Below are positions 27,068 through 35,534 of a stretch of 39,972 nucleotides of DNA, piece by piece. The DNA comes from Gaiellaceae bacterium (GTDB lineage: Bacteria > Actinomycetota > Thermoleophilia > Gaiellales > Gaiellaceae): assembly GCA_035764425.1 (NCBI GenBank), contig DASTZE010000080.1, positions 1 to 39,972 of the forward strand, in the 5' to 3' direction. Positions within the stretch are counted from its first letter, which is position 1; every line of letters begins with the position of its first letter. Under the pieces are notes generated by a model. That model was not told the DNA's origin. It was given only the letters and a program-made list of their open reading frames with translations, and ran no database searches. The position numbers and the translations under genes were made by a program.

Positions 27068-29380
27068 ATGGAGTTCCGGATCCTCGGACCACTCGAGGTC
27101 GAGAGCGAAGGCCGCTCCGTCAAGGTTGCCGGCGCGAAGCAGCGCGGCCTCCTCGCCCTGCTCCTCCTGCACGCAAACGCGGCCGTGTCGCGCGAGCGCC
27201 TGATCGACGAGCTCTGGGGTGAGGAGCCGCCCGAGACGGCCGCGACGGCCATCCAGGTGCACATCTCGCAGCTGCGCAAGGCGCTGGGACGTGACGTCAT
27301 CGTCACCCAGTCCCCCGGCTACCTGCTGCGCGTCGGCAAGGGCGAGCTCGATCTCGACCGCTTCGAGGCCGCGGTCGCTCGGGCACGGAACGAGGCGCCG
27401 GCGGAGGCCGCGGAGGTCCTGCGCGACGCGCTCGCGCTGTGGCGCGGCACGCCGCTTGCCGACCTCGACGCGCCGTTCGCGCGCGCCGAGCGCGCCCGGC
27501 TCGAGGAGCATCGGCTCGCCGCGCTCGAACAGCGCATCGACGCCGACCTCGCGCTCGGGCGGCACGCCCAGCTCGTCCCGGAGCTCGAAGGGCTCGTCCG
27601 GACGTACCCGTTGCGCGAGCGGCTGCGGGGCCAGCTGATGCTCGCCCTCTACCGGTGCGGGAGGCAGGCCGACGCGCTCGCGGTCTACCAGTCCGGCCGC
27701 CGCCTGCTCGACGAGGAGCTCGGGCTCGAGCCCGGCGAGGATCTACGCCGGCTCGAGCGCTCGATCCTCGAGCAGGACGAGTCGCTCTCGGCACCGAGCA
27801 CCAGGCCGCCCGCGACCTGGGCGCCGGCCGGGACGGCGACCTTCCTCTTCACCGACATCGAAGGTGGGCCGCAACTGAGCGAGGAAGCGGTCGCGCAGCA
27901 CGACCGGCTCGTCCACGAGACGCTCGAGCGCAACGGCGGCGAGGCGATCGACGCCGAGGGGGACGCGTTCTTCTTTGCGTTCCGGCGGGCCCGGGACGCC
28001 GTGCGCGGGGCCATCGAGCTGCAACGGGCCACTCCGGTGCGCATCGGCATCCACACCGGCGAGACCGGCTACCACGGCCTCGACGTCGTGCGGGCGGCGC
28101 GGATCTCGGGCGCGGCGCACGGCGGCCAGACGCTGATCTCCTCCGCCACCCGGGATCTGGTCGGCGGCTCCCTGCCCGACGCGACCTACCAGGATCTCGG
28201 CGAGTATCGCCTGCGGGATCTCGAACGCCCGGAGCACGTCTTCCAGGTAACCGCCCCGGGCCTCGCCGAGTCCTTCCCGCCGCTCGAGCCCGCCGACGCC
28301 GCCCGCGTGATGGCGATCGGCGGCCGCGAACAGGAGCTGGCGGAGGCTGCCGGAGCGGCGCTGGAGACCGAGGAGCGACGGGTTCGGCTTTCACGGGGCT
28401 CGCGGATCGTCGCGGCGGTGGGTGCGGTAATCGTCGTGGCCGCTGCGATCGCGGTCGTGCTCGCCGTCACCGGCGGCTCGGGATCAGGCGACATCGCCGT
28501 CCTCCCGGACTCAGTCGTCGCCGTCGACGCGCGCACGGGCAAGCCGGTCGGAGATGCGCCGATTGGCGGCCGGCCGATCGCGCTCACTGCCGGCGCCTAC
28601 GGCGTTTGGGTCGCCAACGCAGACGACGGGACCGTGTCTCGCATCGACCCGAAGGACCATAAGGTCATCGAGACGATCGGTCTGGGCGCGGACGTGAACG
28701 GGATCGCCTCGGGGTTCGGCTCCGTGTGGGTGGCCGGCGGCAACGACGAGACCGTCTTCCGCATCGATCCGGCGCGGGGTGTCATCCGGGCCAAGCTCCA
28801 TTTCGGCAAGACCGACCCGCTGCGACCACAGCCGGTGTTCTTCATCGCGGCGGGGAGCACGGGCGTTTGGGTGACACGCGGGTTGCGGCTGCTCGAGATC
28901 GACCCGGCAACGAACGGCGTGCGACAGAACCTCGCACTCCCGGGTGACCCGATCGACCTGACCGCCGGCGACGGCAACGTCTGGGTCAGCCTCGGGGACG
29001 AACGCCTCGCCCGCGTCGACGAGAGCTCGGGGAAGATCACGAACATCACGGAGCTTTCGGCGTCGGCCTTCTCACCAGTCGTCGGCAGGAGAGGCCTCTG
29101 GACGATCCTGACGACGGACACGATGCAGGTTGCCGAGCTCGACCCGGCCACCGTGAGCGAGCAGGCGTCGGTGTCGTTCCCAAATTCGTTCGTGACGGCG
29201 CTCGCGGTGGGGAACGGTGTGATCTGGGCGGTCGATCACGCGAACGGCCGTCTTTGGAGCATCGACGAGAAGGCGCCGACGGCCGACGTCGCCGGCTCGG
29301 TCTCCTACCACCCGATCTCGATGGTCGCCCAGGGGGACACGGTCTGGGTAGGCGTCCAGCAACGGCAGTTCACGGGATGA
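27068..29380 (+). CDS. membrane-spanning SARP/AfsR-type regulator: OmpR-like wHTH + BTAD + class III cyclase-like domain + TM helix + extracytoplasmic beta-propeller
   Basis: MEFRILGPLEV ... GYLLRV is the wHTH. LDLDRFE ... LALYRCGRQADALAVYQ ... LGLEPG is the BTAD. TFLFTDIEG, GDAFFFAF, RIGIHTGE and VVRAARISGAAHGGQTLIS are cyclase-like. IVAAVGAVIVVAAAIAVVLAV is the TM helix. About 6-7 repeats of the type GVWVAN.DDGTVSRIDP form the propeller. Confidence 0.88.
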   Translation: MEFRILGPLEVESEGRSVKVAGAKQRGLLALLLLHANAAVSRERLIDELWGEEPPETAATAIQVHISQLRKALGRDVIVTQSPGYLLRVGKGELDLDRFEAAVARARNEAPAEAAEVLRDALALWRGTPLADLDAPFARAERARLEEHRLAALEQRIDADLALGRHAQLVPELEGLVRTYPLRERLRGQLMLALYRCGRQADALAVYQSGRRLLDEELGLEPGEDLRRLERSILEQDESLSAPSTRPPATWAPAGTATFLFTDIEGGPQLSEEAVAQHDRLVHETLERNGGEAIDAEGDAFFFAFRRARDAVRGAIELQRATPVRIGIHTGETGYHGLDVVRAARISGAAHGGQTLISSATRDLVGGSLPDATYQDLGEYRLRDLERPEHVFQVTAPGLAESFPPLEPADAARVMAIGGREQELAEAAGAALETEERRVRLSRGSRIVAAVGAVIVVAAAIAVVLAVTGGSGSGDIAVLPDSVVAVDARTGKPVGDAPIGGRPIALTAGAYGVWVANADDGTVSRIDPKDHKVIETIGLGADVNGIASGFGSVWVAGGNDETVFRIDPARGVIRAKLHFGKTDPLRPQPVFFIAAGSTGVWVTRGLRLLEIDPATNGVRQNLALPGDPIDLTAGDGNVWVSLGDERLARVDESSGKITNITELSASAFSPVVGRRGLWTILTTDTMQVAELDPATVSEQASVSFPNSFVTALAVGNGVIWAVDHANGRLWSIDEKAPTADVAGSVSYHPISMVAQGDTVWVGVQQRQFTG

Positions 29381-30368
29381 TGCGCGGGACCTTGATGCGC
29401 CCCGCGATGATCTGACGGCGGACGGCGTCGAGCTCCCGCAAGATCGGGCGCGGCACCTCGGGACTGATCTTCCCGAGCCCGACGCCGCCGTCGCTCAGGT
29501 CGAAGACGGTGTCTCCGCCGGTCTTGAACGCGCCGTGCGCCATCTGGTCCATCGCGTTGCGGACGGCCACGTCGCCCCGGCTGACCGCGCTGGTCAGGAT
29601 GTGGCGGCCCAGGAACGACTGGTCGACGTCGACGCCGATCCCCCACACGCCGTGCTCTTTGGCCGCCTCGAGCGTGCCGAGCCCGCAGCCGCCGGCGACG
29701 TTGAAGAGGACGCCTGCGCCCTTGGCGATCTGGTCGAGCGCAACCGTATGGCACTTCGTCGGGTTGTTGAAGCTGTTGGCGTAGGTGTTGAGCACGACAA
29801 CGCGCGGATCGGCGCGCTTCGCCCCTGCGCGGTATCCGACGATCCAGCGGTCCACGCCGGGACTGCTGAAGCCGCCGACGGAGCCGATGACATGACGCCC
29901 GGGCCGGCGCTTCTCCATCGCGGCAGCCAGGTACCCAGCGAGGTAGCCGGCCTCCTCGGCCCGGAAGACCGAGCCCTGGATGTTCTTCGGGGGGTTCTTG
30001 ATGTCCCGCACCGAGAGGTCGGGCAGGAGGAATTTCGTCCTGGGAAACGCGCGTGCGACCGACACGACCGAGTCGAACGCCGGCAGACCCACGATGACGA
30101 GGTCGTACCGCTGCCGGGCAAGGAGGCTCAGGGCGCCCCACGCGTCCTGGTTCGGGGAGACCTGGACGACGCGGCCCTGAAGACCGAGCGCGTGCACCGT
30201 GCTGATGAAGCCGGCGTACGGACGGCCGAAGAGGTCGTTCGGATTTGGTGTGGCCCCGGAGGACGTGACGTAGCCGATGCGCACGTTGCGTTGCGCGGTC
30301 ACGCCCTCGCCGGCGGTCAGCGCGATGGCCGCGACGATCGCTACGAGTCCGAAAATCCACCGTTTCAT
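29370..30368 (-). CDS. BMP-family (PnrA/Med-like) substrate-binding protein, secreted
   Basis: Signal/anchor helix MKRWIFGLVAIVAAIALTA. Contains AEEAGYLAGYLAAAM, GSVGGFSSPGVDRWIVGYRAGAK and GVWGIGVDVDQS. No ABC permease or ATPase gene is adjacent. Confidence 0.86.
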   Translation of the reverse strand: MKRWIFGLVAIVAAIALTAGEGVTAQRNVRIGYVTSSGATPNPNDLFGRPYAGFISTVHALGLQGRVVQVSPNQDAWGALSLLARQRYDLVIVGLPAFDSVVSVARAFPRTKFLLPDLSVRDIKNPPKNIQGSVFRAEEAGYLAGYLAAAMEKRRPGRHVIGSVGGFSSPGVDRWIVGYRAGAKRADPRVVVLNTYANSFNNPTKCHTVALDQIAKGAGVLFNVAGGCGLGTLEAAKEHGVWGIGVDVDQSFLGRHILTSAVSRGDVAVRNAMDQMAHGAFKTGGDTVFDLSDGGVGLGKISPEVPRPILRELDAVRRQIIAGRIKVPRIIP

Positions 30369-30484
30369 GCGCCCTTACGACCTCCTTTAGCGGGCCTTTA
30401 GGTCCCGCAAAGCGCTCTTTTAGCCGTTTGCGGTCTTGTGTGCAAAGGCCGCGGAGGAGGCGGCACCAACCGAAGGAGGCAGAG

Positions 30485-31291
30485 GTGAAGCTCTTTACGT
30501 CATATCTGGTGGTTGTGGCCTTCGCAGTCGCGGCGTTCGCGTCGGTCGCCCAGGCGAATTCCAACTCCGCGGTGCAGGCGCTCCAGATCCGCGGCCAGGG
30601 CATGAACGCCCTGTGTGACAGCCCGACCCTCTCGCGCGAAGGCTTCGTCGCCGTGTGCGGCACGAAGGGTGCTTCGCAGCATCCGACCCGCGCGGTACTC
30701 CGCGCCTATGCGATCCGCGGCGCCGGCATGAACGCGCTGGTCGTCTCGGCGACCGCCCCCGACGTCCGCGCGCTCCAGATCCGCGGCGAGGGCATGAACG
30801 CGATGTGCCAGAGCCCGACGCTGTCCCGCGAGGGCTTCGTGGCCGTCTGCGGCACCCAGGGCGCTTCACAGCAGCCGACCCGCGCGGTGCTCCGCGCCTA
30901 CGCGATCCGCGGCGCCGCCCTCAACGCGCTGCCCGTCTCGCGCCCGATCAGCACCCCCGACACGCGGGCGCTCCAGATTCGCGGCGAGGGCATGAATGCC
31001 CTGTGCAGCAGCCCGACGCTCTCCCGCGAGAGCTACATCGCGGTCTGCGGCACCGAGGGCGCGTCCCAGCAGCCGACCCGCGCCGAGCTCCAGGCCATGC
31101 AGATTCGCGGCGAGGCGATGGATCACATCACTGCCGTCCCGGTGAGCACGATCTCCTCCAACGGCTTCGACTGGAGCGACTTCGGCATCGGCGCCATCTC
31201 GATGCTCGGACTGGTGCTTCTGGCCGGCGGCATCACCGCCGGCGTGCACTACAGCCGCAGGCACACGGTGCGGCCGCGGCCCGTTTCGTAG
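30485..31291 (+). CDS. secreted, C-terminally membrane-anchored protein made of three tandem Cys-pair repeats; no family recognised
   Basis: GTG 30485 lies 5 nt after AAGGAGG. The signal peptide ends AQA|NS. The three repeat units start at 30578, 30770 and 30968. The C-terminal TM helix FGIGAISMLGLVLLAGGITAGVHY is followed by SRRH. Confidence 0.8.
   Translation: MKLFTSYLVVVAFAVAAFASVAQANSNSAVQALQIRGQGMNALCDSPTLSREGFVAVCGTKGASQHPTRAVLRAYAIRGAGMNALVVSATAPDVRALQIRGEGMNAMCQSPTLSREGFVAVCGTQGASQQPTRAVLRAYAIRGAALNALPVSRPISTPDTRALQIRGEGMNALCSSPTLSRESYIAVCGTEGASQQPTRAELQAMQIRGEAMDHITAVPVSTISSNGFDWSDFGIGAISMLGLVLLAGGITAGVHYSRRHTVRPRPVS
30578..31150 (+). repeat. three in-frame tandem coding repeats (192, 198 and ~180 nt)
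   Basis: gcgctccagatccgcggc(c/g)agggcatgaacgc... recurs at 30578, 30770 and 30968. The copies differ mainly at synonymous sites. Confidence 0.88.
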
Positions 31292-31309
31292 CCCGATTCC
31301 TCACAGGGA

Positions 31310-31344
31310 AAGACGAAGGGCCCGCTCGGCGGGCCCTTCGTCTT
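31310..31344. terminator. 16-bp perfect hairpin between convergent genes
   Basis: AAGACGAAGGGCCCGC-tcg-GCGGGCCCTTCGTCTT, 18 nt after the repeat-protein stop. The A-rich 5-prime and T-rich 3-prime arm ends allow bidirectional use. Confidence 0.6.
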
Positions 31345-31364
31345 GGTCCGGAGGCATGGCCCGT

Positions 31365-31379
31365 CTCAGTGCCAGGCAC
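31365..31379. repeat. second copy of CTCAGTGCCAGGCAC (identical 15-mer to 24882..24896)
   Basis: Direct comparison of the two intergenic sequences; contains the GTGCC-A-GGCAC palindrome. Confidence 0.55.
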
Positions 31380-31405
31380 GGCCGCGACTTTGTGACAGTG
31401 AGCGC

Positions 31406-31702
31406 TCAGCGCCGCGCGAGGCCGGCTTCGGCGACCGTCCGCATGAGCCAGAGTGCGGTGAGAAACGCATACACGAGCGCCGGCATGAGCACGGCGAATA
31501 CCGCGGTCATTTGTCGCGCCGCGCCCGCGTCGGCCGGGCCGACGAGCGCGACTCCGACACACGCCAGCTGCAGCAGCACGCCCGAGACCGCGACATGGAC
31601 GAAGCGGCGAAGGAGCGTCGCGGGCCGGTGCTCGGAGAGGCGGGCGTCGCACCAGATGGCGAGCAGGAACGAGCCGACTGCGAGTGCCTGGACGAAGTTC
31701 AT
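31406..31702 (-). CDS. small 3-TM membrane protein
   Basis: Trimmed to the internal ATG at 31702 (MNFVQALAVGSFLLAIW...). 98 aa. Divergent from flp. The 30 aa upstream in the ORF track are non-membrane, Gly/Arg-rich sequence. Confidence 0.55.
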   Translation of the reverse strand: MNFVQALAVGSFLLAIWCDARLSEHRPATLLRRFVHVAVSGVLLQLACVGVALVGPADAGAARQMTAVFAVLMPALVYAFLTALWLMRTVAEAGLARR

Positions 31703-31971
31703 CGCGCCACCACCGGCGCGATAGCGACGCGTACCGCCCCGCTCTGCTCCCTCGAACCGCCCACAGTCGTCGGAGTATGCGTAGGCCGCCACCTCGTCGG
31801 ACCTCGACCATCGGTCGAAGCGGATGAGCCGATCGTCGGTTCAGGCCCAGGTGTGGCTGATGGTCTAGGCCGATCCGAACCTTCGTCCATTCAGGGCGGT
31901 GGGCCGGCGCCCTACACAGTGCTCGAGGGGGGGCGCTTTTTGGCCCCGAAGCGACAGTGGGGGAGGACAGG

Positions 31972-32145
31972 ATGTCCCTGTTTCACAAGCTGCTTGCGCG
32001 CCTGACCGGCGCGGAGGGCCAGACGTTCGTCGAGTACGCGCTCATCCTCGCGGTGGTCGTCGTCGGCGTCCTGCTGGCAGTTACGTGGGCCGGCCTCGGC
32101 ACCGCGATCCAGTCGGCGATCAACGCCGTCACCGCGGCGATCTGA
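31972..32145 (+). CDS. flp: Flp-family type IVb pilin
   Basis: ATG 31972 follows GGGAGGA. The Flp motif G|QTFVEYALILAVVVVGV (G-x4-EY) gives a 16-aa leader and a 41-aa mature pilin. Confidence 0.88.
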   Translation: MSLFHKLLARLTGAEGQTFVEYALILAVVVVGVLLAVTWAGLGTAIQSAINAVTAAI

Positions 32146-32158
32146 CGATCGCAAACAC

Positions 32159-32184
32159 AGGGCCTCTGCTGCGGCGGAGGCCCT
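32159..32184 (+). terminator. hairpin after flp (possible attenuator)
   Basis: AGGGCCTC-tgctgcggcg-GAGGCCCT, 13 nt after the flp stop. No U-tract. Confidence 0.45.
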
Positions 32185-32208
32185 AACCCTTCTTCACCGA
32201 CAAACGAT

Positions 32209-32637
32209 ATGAAGATCAAGAGACCAGCCAACGCCCGACTCGCAGACGACCGCGGTCAGTCGATCGTCGAGTTCGCGTTCGTCATGCCGTTCCTGGTCTT
32301 TCTGCTGCTCGGAATCACGCAGTTCGGATTGGCCTTCCACAATTACCTGGCCATCACCGATGCGGCACGCGTCGGTGCCCGCGCGGCCGCGGTGAATCGC
32401 ACGACCGGCCCCTGCACGGCGGCGACCACCGCCATACAGAACACCGTGTCGCCCACGCAGTGGGGAGTGATCTCGAGTCGCATCACGTGCAACCCGACGA
32501 CACCCGGCCCGGTCGGCAGCTCCTACACGATCTCGATCAACTATCCGTTCACCATCGGGCTGCCCGGCATGTTCGGCCTACCGGCCCTGAATACCACCGG
32601 CACGATGACGGCGAGCGCGACGGAGCGGCTCGAATGA
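32209..32637 (+). CDS. tadE: TadE-like pseudopilin
   Basis: GQSIVEFAFVMPFLVFLLLGITQFG is the TadE N-terminal motif. 142 aa. Confidence 0.85.
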   Translation: MKIKRPANARLADDRGQSIVEFAFVMPFLVFLLLGITQFGLAFHNYLAITDAARVGARAAAVNRTTGPCTAATTAIQNTVSPTQWGVISSRITCNPTTPGPVGSSYTISINYPFTIGLPGMFGLPALNTTGTMTASATERLE

Positions 32638-33581
32638 GCGTCCGCCAACGTACTTCAGCCGAGGGCGGGCAGGCGATCGTCCTCGTCGTCGCGGTGCTGG
32701 CGGTCCTGATCGGGATCGCCGCACTCGTCATCGACGGCGGGTCGTGGCTGCGAGCGCAGCGCCACTTGCAGACGGCCGCGGACGCGGCCGCACTCGCCGG
32801 CGCGCAGAACCTGCCGACGGACCAGTCCGGCGCGAGCTCCGTGGCGATCAGCTATGCGCAGCAGAACTACCCGGGCATCCCGGCCCCGACCGTCACGTTC
32901 CCGGACGCGGGCACGATCAACGTGGCCGCCCAGACGACGGCTCCGGGCTTTCTCGCCAAGATCTACGGGGCCGCCTTCAGCAACGTCAACATCACCGCGC
33001 ACGCGCGGGCGCAGGTCAGCGTGCCGGCCTTCCTGAAGAACGTCGCGCCGGTGGCGGTGAAGAACACCGTTGCGTGTGCGGCGACGAACCCGGGCTGCTA
33101 CGGCCAGACCCTGACCCTCGTGTTCAACGAGAGCCAGGTCAGCTCCAGCACGATCGGCCTGATCGACCTGACGTGCCATTCGACGCAGTCGAACGCGTGT
33201 GCCTCGACCGCCGGCATCGGCGGCAGCGAGCTCGAGAACTGGATCGAGAACGGATACCCGGACGCGCTCCCCGCGAACCAGTGGTACGGGGTCAAGACCG
33301 GCGAGACGGTCGGGCCGGTCAAGCACGGCTTCGAGCAGCGCGTGGGCGTTCCGCTGTTCTTCCCCGTCTTCGACCAGGTGACGAACACGGGCTCGCAGTA
33401 CTTCTTCCACGTCATCGGCTGGGCTGCCTTCGTCATCAACCCCGGCGGCATCACGTGGGGGCCGCAGGGGCGGCAGCTCGTCGGCCATTTCACGACCTTC
33501 ATCGCCACCGACCTCGCCGCGGGTGGACCGATTGGCGGGTCAACCGACTTCGGCGTGCACACGATCACGCTCATCCAATAG
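32634..33581 (+). CDS. TadG-like pilus assembly protein (Tad_N domain)
   Basis: ATGA overlap with tadE. GGQAIVLVVAVLAVLIGIAALVIDGGSWLRAQRHLQTAADAAALAGA is the TadG N-terminal signature. 315 aa. Confidence 0.8.
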   Translation: MSVRQRTSAEGGQAIVLVVAVLAVLIGIAALVIDGGSWLRAQRHLQTAADAAALAGAQNLPTDQSGASSVAISYAQQNYPGIPAPTVTFPDAGTINVAAQTTAPGFLAKIYGAAFSNVNITAHARAQVSVPAFLKNVAPVAVKNTVACAATNPGCYGQTLTLVFNESQVSSSTIGLIDLTCHSTQSNACASTAGIGGSELENWIENGYPDALPANQWYGVKTGETVGPVKHGFEQRVGVPLFFPVFDQVTNTGSQYFFHVIGWAAFVINPGGITWGPQGRQLVGHFTTFIATDLAAGGPIGGSTDFGVHTITLIQ

Positions 33582-33598
33582 GACGAAAGGACGTTCAG

Positions 33599-34378
33599 GT
33601 GACGACATCACGACTTCGCAACCTCGCACTGCCCCTGGCTCTGGCGGTCCTCGCCGCCGTTCTCGTCGGCATCTATGTCGTCAGCTATCGCAACAGCGTG
33701 ACGCACGGCGCCGGCCTCGTGAAGGTCCTCGTCGCCACGCGCGACATCCCGGCCGGCACGGATGGATCCTCGGTCGCCTCGGGCGGATATCTCAGGACGC
33801 AGACGATTCCGCGCCGGGCCGTCGTTCCGGGCTCCGTGACGAGCGCCGAGCCGCTGACGTCGCTCGTCGTCGGCAGCCAGATCTACCGGGGAGAGCAGAT
33901 CACGCTGCGCCAGTTCACGCCGGCGTCACAGGGCGGCATCTTCGCCAACTTCTCGGGGACGGAGCGCGTCATCGTCGTCCCGGGCGATCCGAACCAGCTG
34001 CTCGCCGGGACGCTTTCCGATGGCGATCACGTCGACGTCGTCGGGACGACCAAGTACCACGTCGGCGGCCTGTCCCGCGCGACGTCGAAGGTCATCCTGC
34101 GGAACCTGCTCGTGTTGAAGGCTCCTGACGGGGACCCGAAGGCATCGGTCGGCGGCGTGGCGACCACGTCGGCGCAGCTCGTCATGACCGACCGGCAGGC
34201 GCAGACCATGTCGTGGGCGCTGTCGCAGACGAAGTGGTTCCTGGCGCTGCGCCCGACGAACAAGCCGAGGGACAGCCGCCAGCAGCTCGACACGCTGCTC
34301 TCGATCTTCGGTCGCGGGCTGCCTGCTCCGCAGCAGCAGATCGCAGGGAACTTCCCGGAGAGCGTCGATGTCCCGTAA
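33599..34378 (+). CDS. cpaB: Flp pilus assembly protein CpaB/RcpC
   Basis: GTG 33599 follows GAAAGGA. N-terminal TM helix, then VLVATRDIPAGT (SAF-like) and a C-terminal RcpC-like region. 259 aa. Confidence 0.83.
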   Translation: MTTSRLRNLALPLALAVLAAVLVGIYVVSYRNSVTHGAGLVKVLVATRDIPAGTDGSSVASGGYLRTQTIPRRAVVPGSVTSAEPLTSLVVGSQIYRGEQITLRQFTPASQGGIFANFSGTERVIVVPGDPNQLLAGTLSDGDHVDVVGTTKYHVGGLSRATSKVILRNLLVLKAPDGDPKASVGGVATTSAQLVMTDRQAQTMSWALSQTKWFLALRPTNKPRDSRQQLDTLLSIFGRGLPAPQQQIAGNFPESVDVP

Positions 34379-35534
34379 CGGCCACAGCCAAGGGCTCCGC
34401 GTGCTTCTGAGCGGCGCCGCAGCGGATCGGTTCGCGGCAACGCTCGCCGACCAGCCGACGCTGTCACTCATCGGGCCGGGCGAGGGCGTTAGCTTGATGC
34501 CGGCGTCGTTCGCGGACGTCGCGGTCCATGTCATCGCGTCGCCGCATTCGCCGGAGCTGGCGGCAGAGATCGCCAAGCTGCGCGAGCGCACGAATGCACC
34601 GTTGATTCTCGCCGCGTACGGTGAGCCGAACGGCATCGTCGAGACAGGCCTCACCGTCGGGGCGGCAGACGTGCTTGCGCTCCCGCAGGCGAAGGAGACG
34701 CTGCTCTTCGCGCTGCACAAGGCAGCGCGGACGAACGGCGCCGCGCACAGCGGCAAGATCTTGACCGTCTTCTCGCCGAAGGGAGGAAGCGGCAAGACGG
34801 TGCTCGCCACCAACATCGCGGTCGCGGCCGCACGCTCCGGCGTCGAGTCGCTGCTCGTCGACCTCGACCTCCAGTTCGGGGACGCGGCCCTGACGACCGG
34901 CGTCTCGCCCCGGGCGACGATCGCCGACCTCGCCGGTGCGAGCGGGCAGATGGATGTCGAAAAGCTGACGGCATTCGTGTCCCCCGGCCCGACGGATGGG
35001 CTTTCGGTCCTGGCGGCGCCGACGCGGCCGGAGGAGGCCCAGAGCCTCGGCCAACCCGAGCTGAAGGCCATCCTGCACGTCGCGCGGGAGGCTTATGGTG
35101 CGGTCGTCGTCGACACCGGACCGCTCTTCGACGCCGCGGTGCTGGCGGCCGTCGACTGCAGCGACCACCTGCTGATCGTCAGCAATCCGGAGATCACCTC
35201 GCTGAAGAACGTGCGCATCGGGCTCGAGACGCTCGATCGGCTCGGCTTCCCGCGCGAGCGCATCTCGGTCGTCGTCAACCGTGTCGGCGCTCCGGGGAGC
35301 GTCGGCCGGCGCGAGATCGAGCAGGCGCTCGATACGGAGATCGGCTACGAGCTTCCGGACGACGCCGCCGTGCCGGGCGCTCTGAATCGTGCGGTGCCGG
35401 TGGTGCTCGCCGACGCCGACAGTCGCTTCGCCCGCGCGGTCTCCGTGCTCGGAACATCCCTCGTCGGGGACGCCGGCGACGGCGAGCCGGCGACGGACAA
35501 TCAGCGGCGATTCCTCCTGCGGGGCCGGCGATGA
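34368..35534 (+). CDS. tadZ: TadZ/CpaE: degenerate receiver domain + ParA/MinD-type ATPase
   Basis: VFSPKGGSGKTVLATNIA is the deviant Walker A. The N-terminal receiver-like fold has no obvious phospho-acceptor Asp context. 11-nt overlap with cpaB. Confidence 0.85.
   Translation: MSRNGHSQGLRVLLSGAAADRFAATLADQPTLSLIGPGEGVSLMPASFADVAVHVIASPHSPELAAEIAKLRERTNAPLILAAYGEPNGIVETGLTVGAADVLALPQAKETLLFALHKAARTNGAAHSGKILTVFSPKGGSGKTVLATNIAVAAARSGVESLLVDLDLQFGDAALTTGVSPRATIADLAGASGQMDVEKLTAFVSPGPTDGLSVLAAPTRPEEAQSLGQPELKAILHVAREAYGAVVVDTGPLFDAAVLAAVDCSDHLLIVSNPEITSLKNVRIGLETLDRLGFPRERISVVVNRVGAPGSVGRREIEQALDTEIGYELPDDAAVPGALNRAVPVVLADADSRFARAVSVLGTSLVGDAGDGEPATDNQRRFLLRGRR

Noticed and set aside
30578-31150. 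Regularly spaced repeats of ~190-200 nt could be mistaken for a CRISPR-like or satellite array.
   Set aside because: The repeats are in frame within one ORF that has a signal peptide and a TM anchor. There are no unique spacers, and the variation is synonymous-biased. This is a coding tandem repeat.
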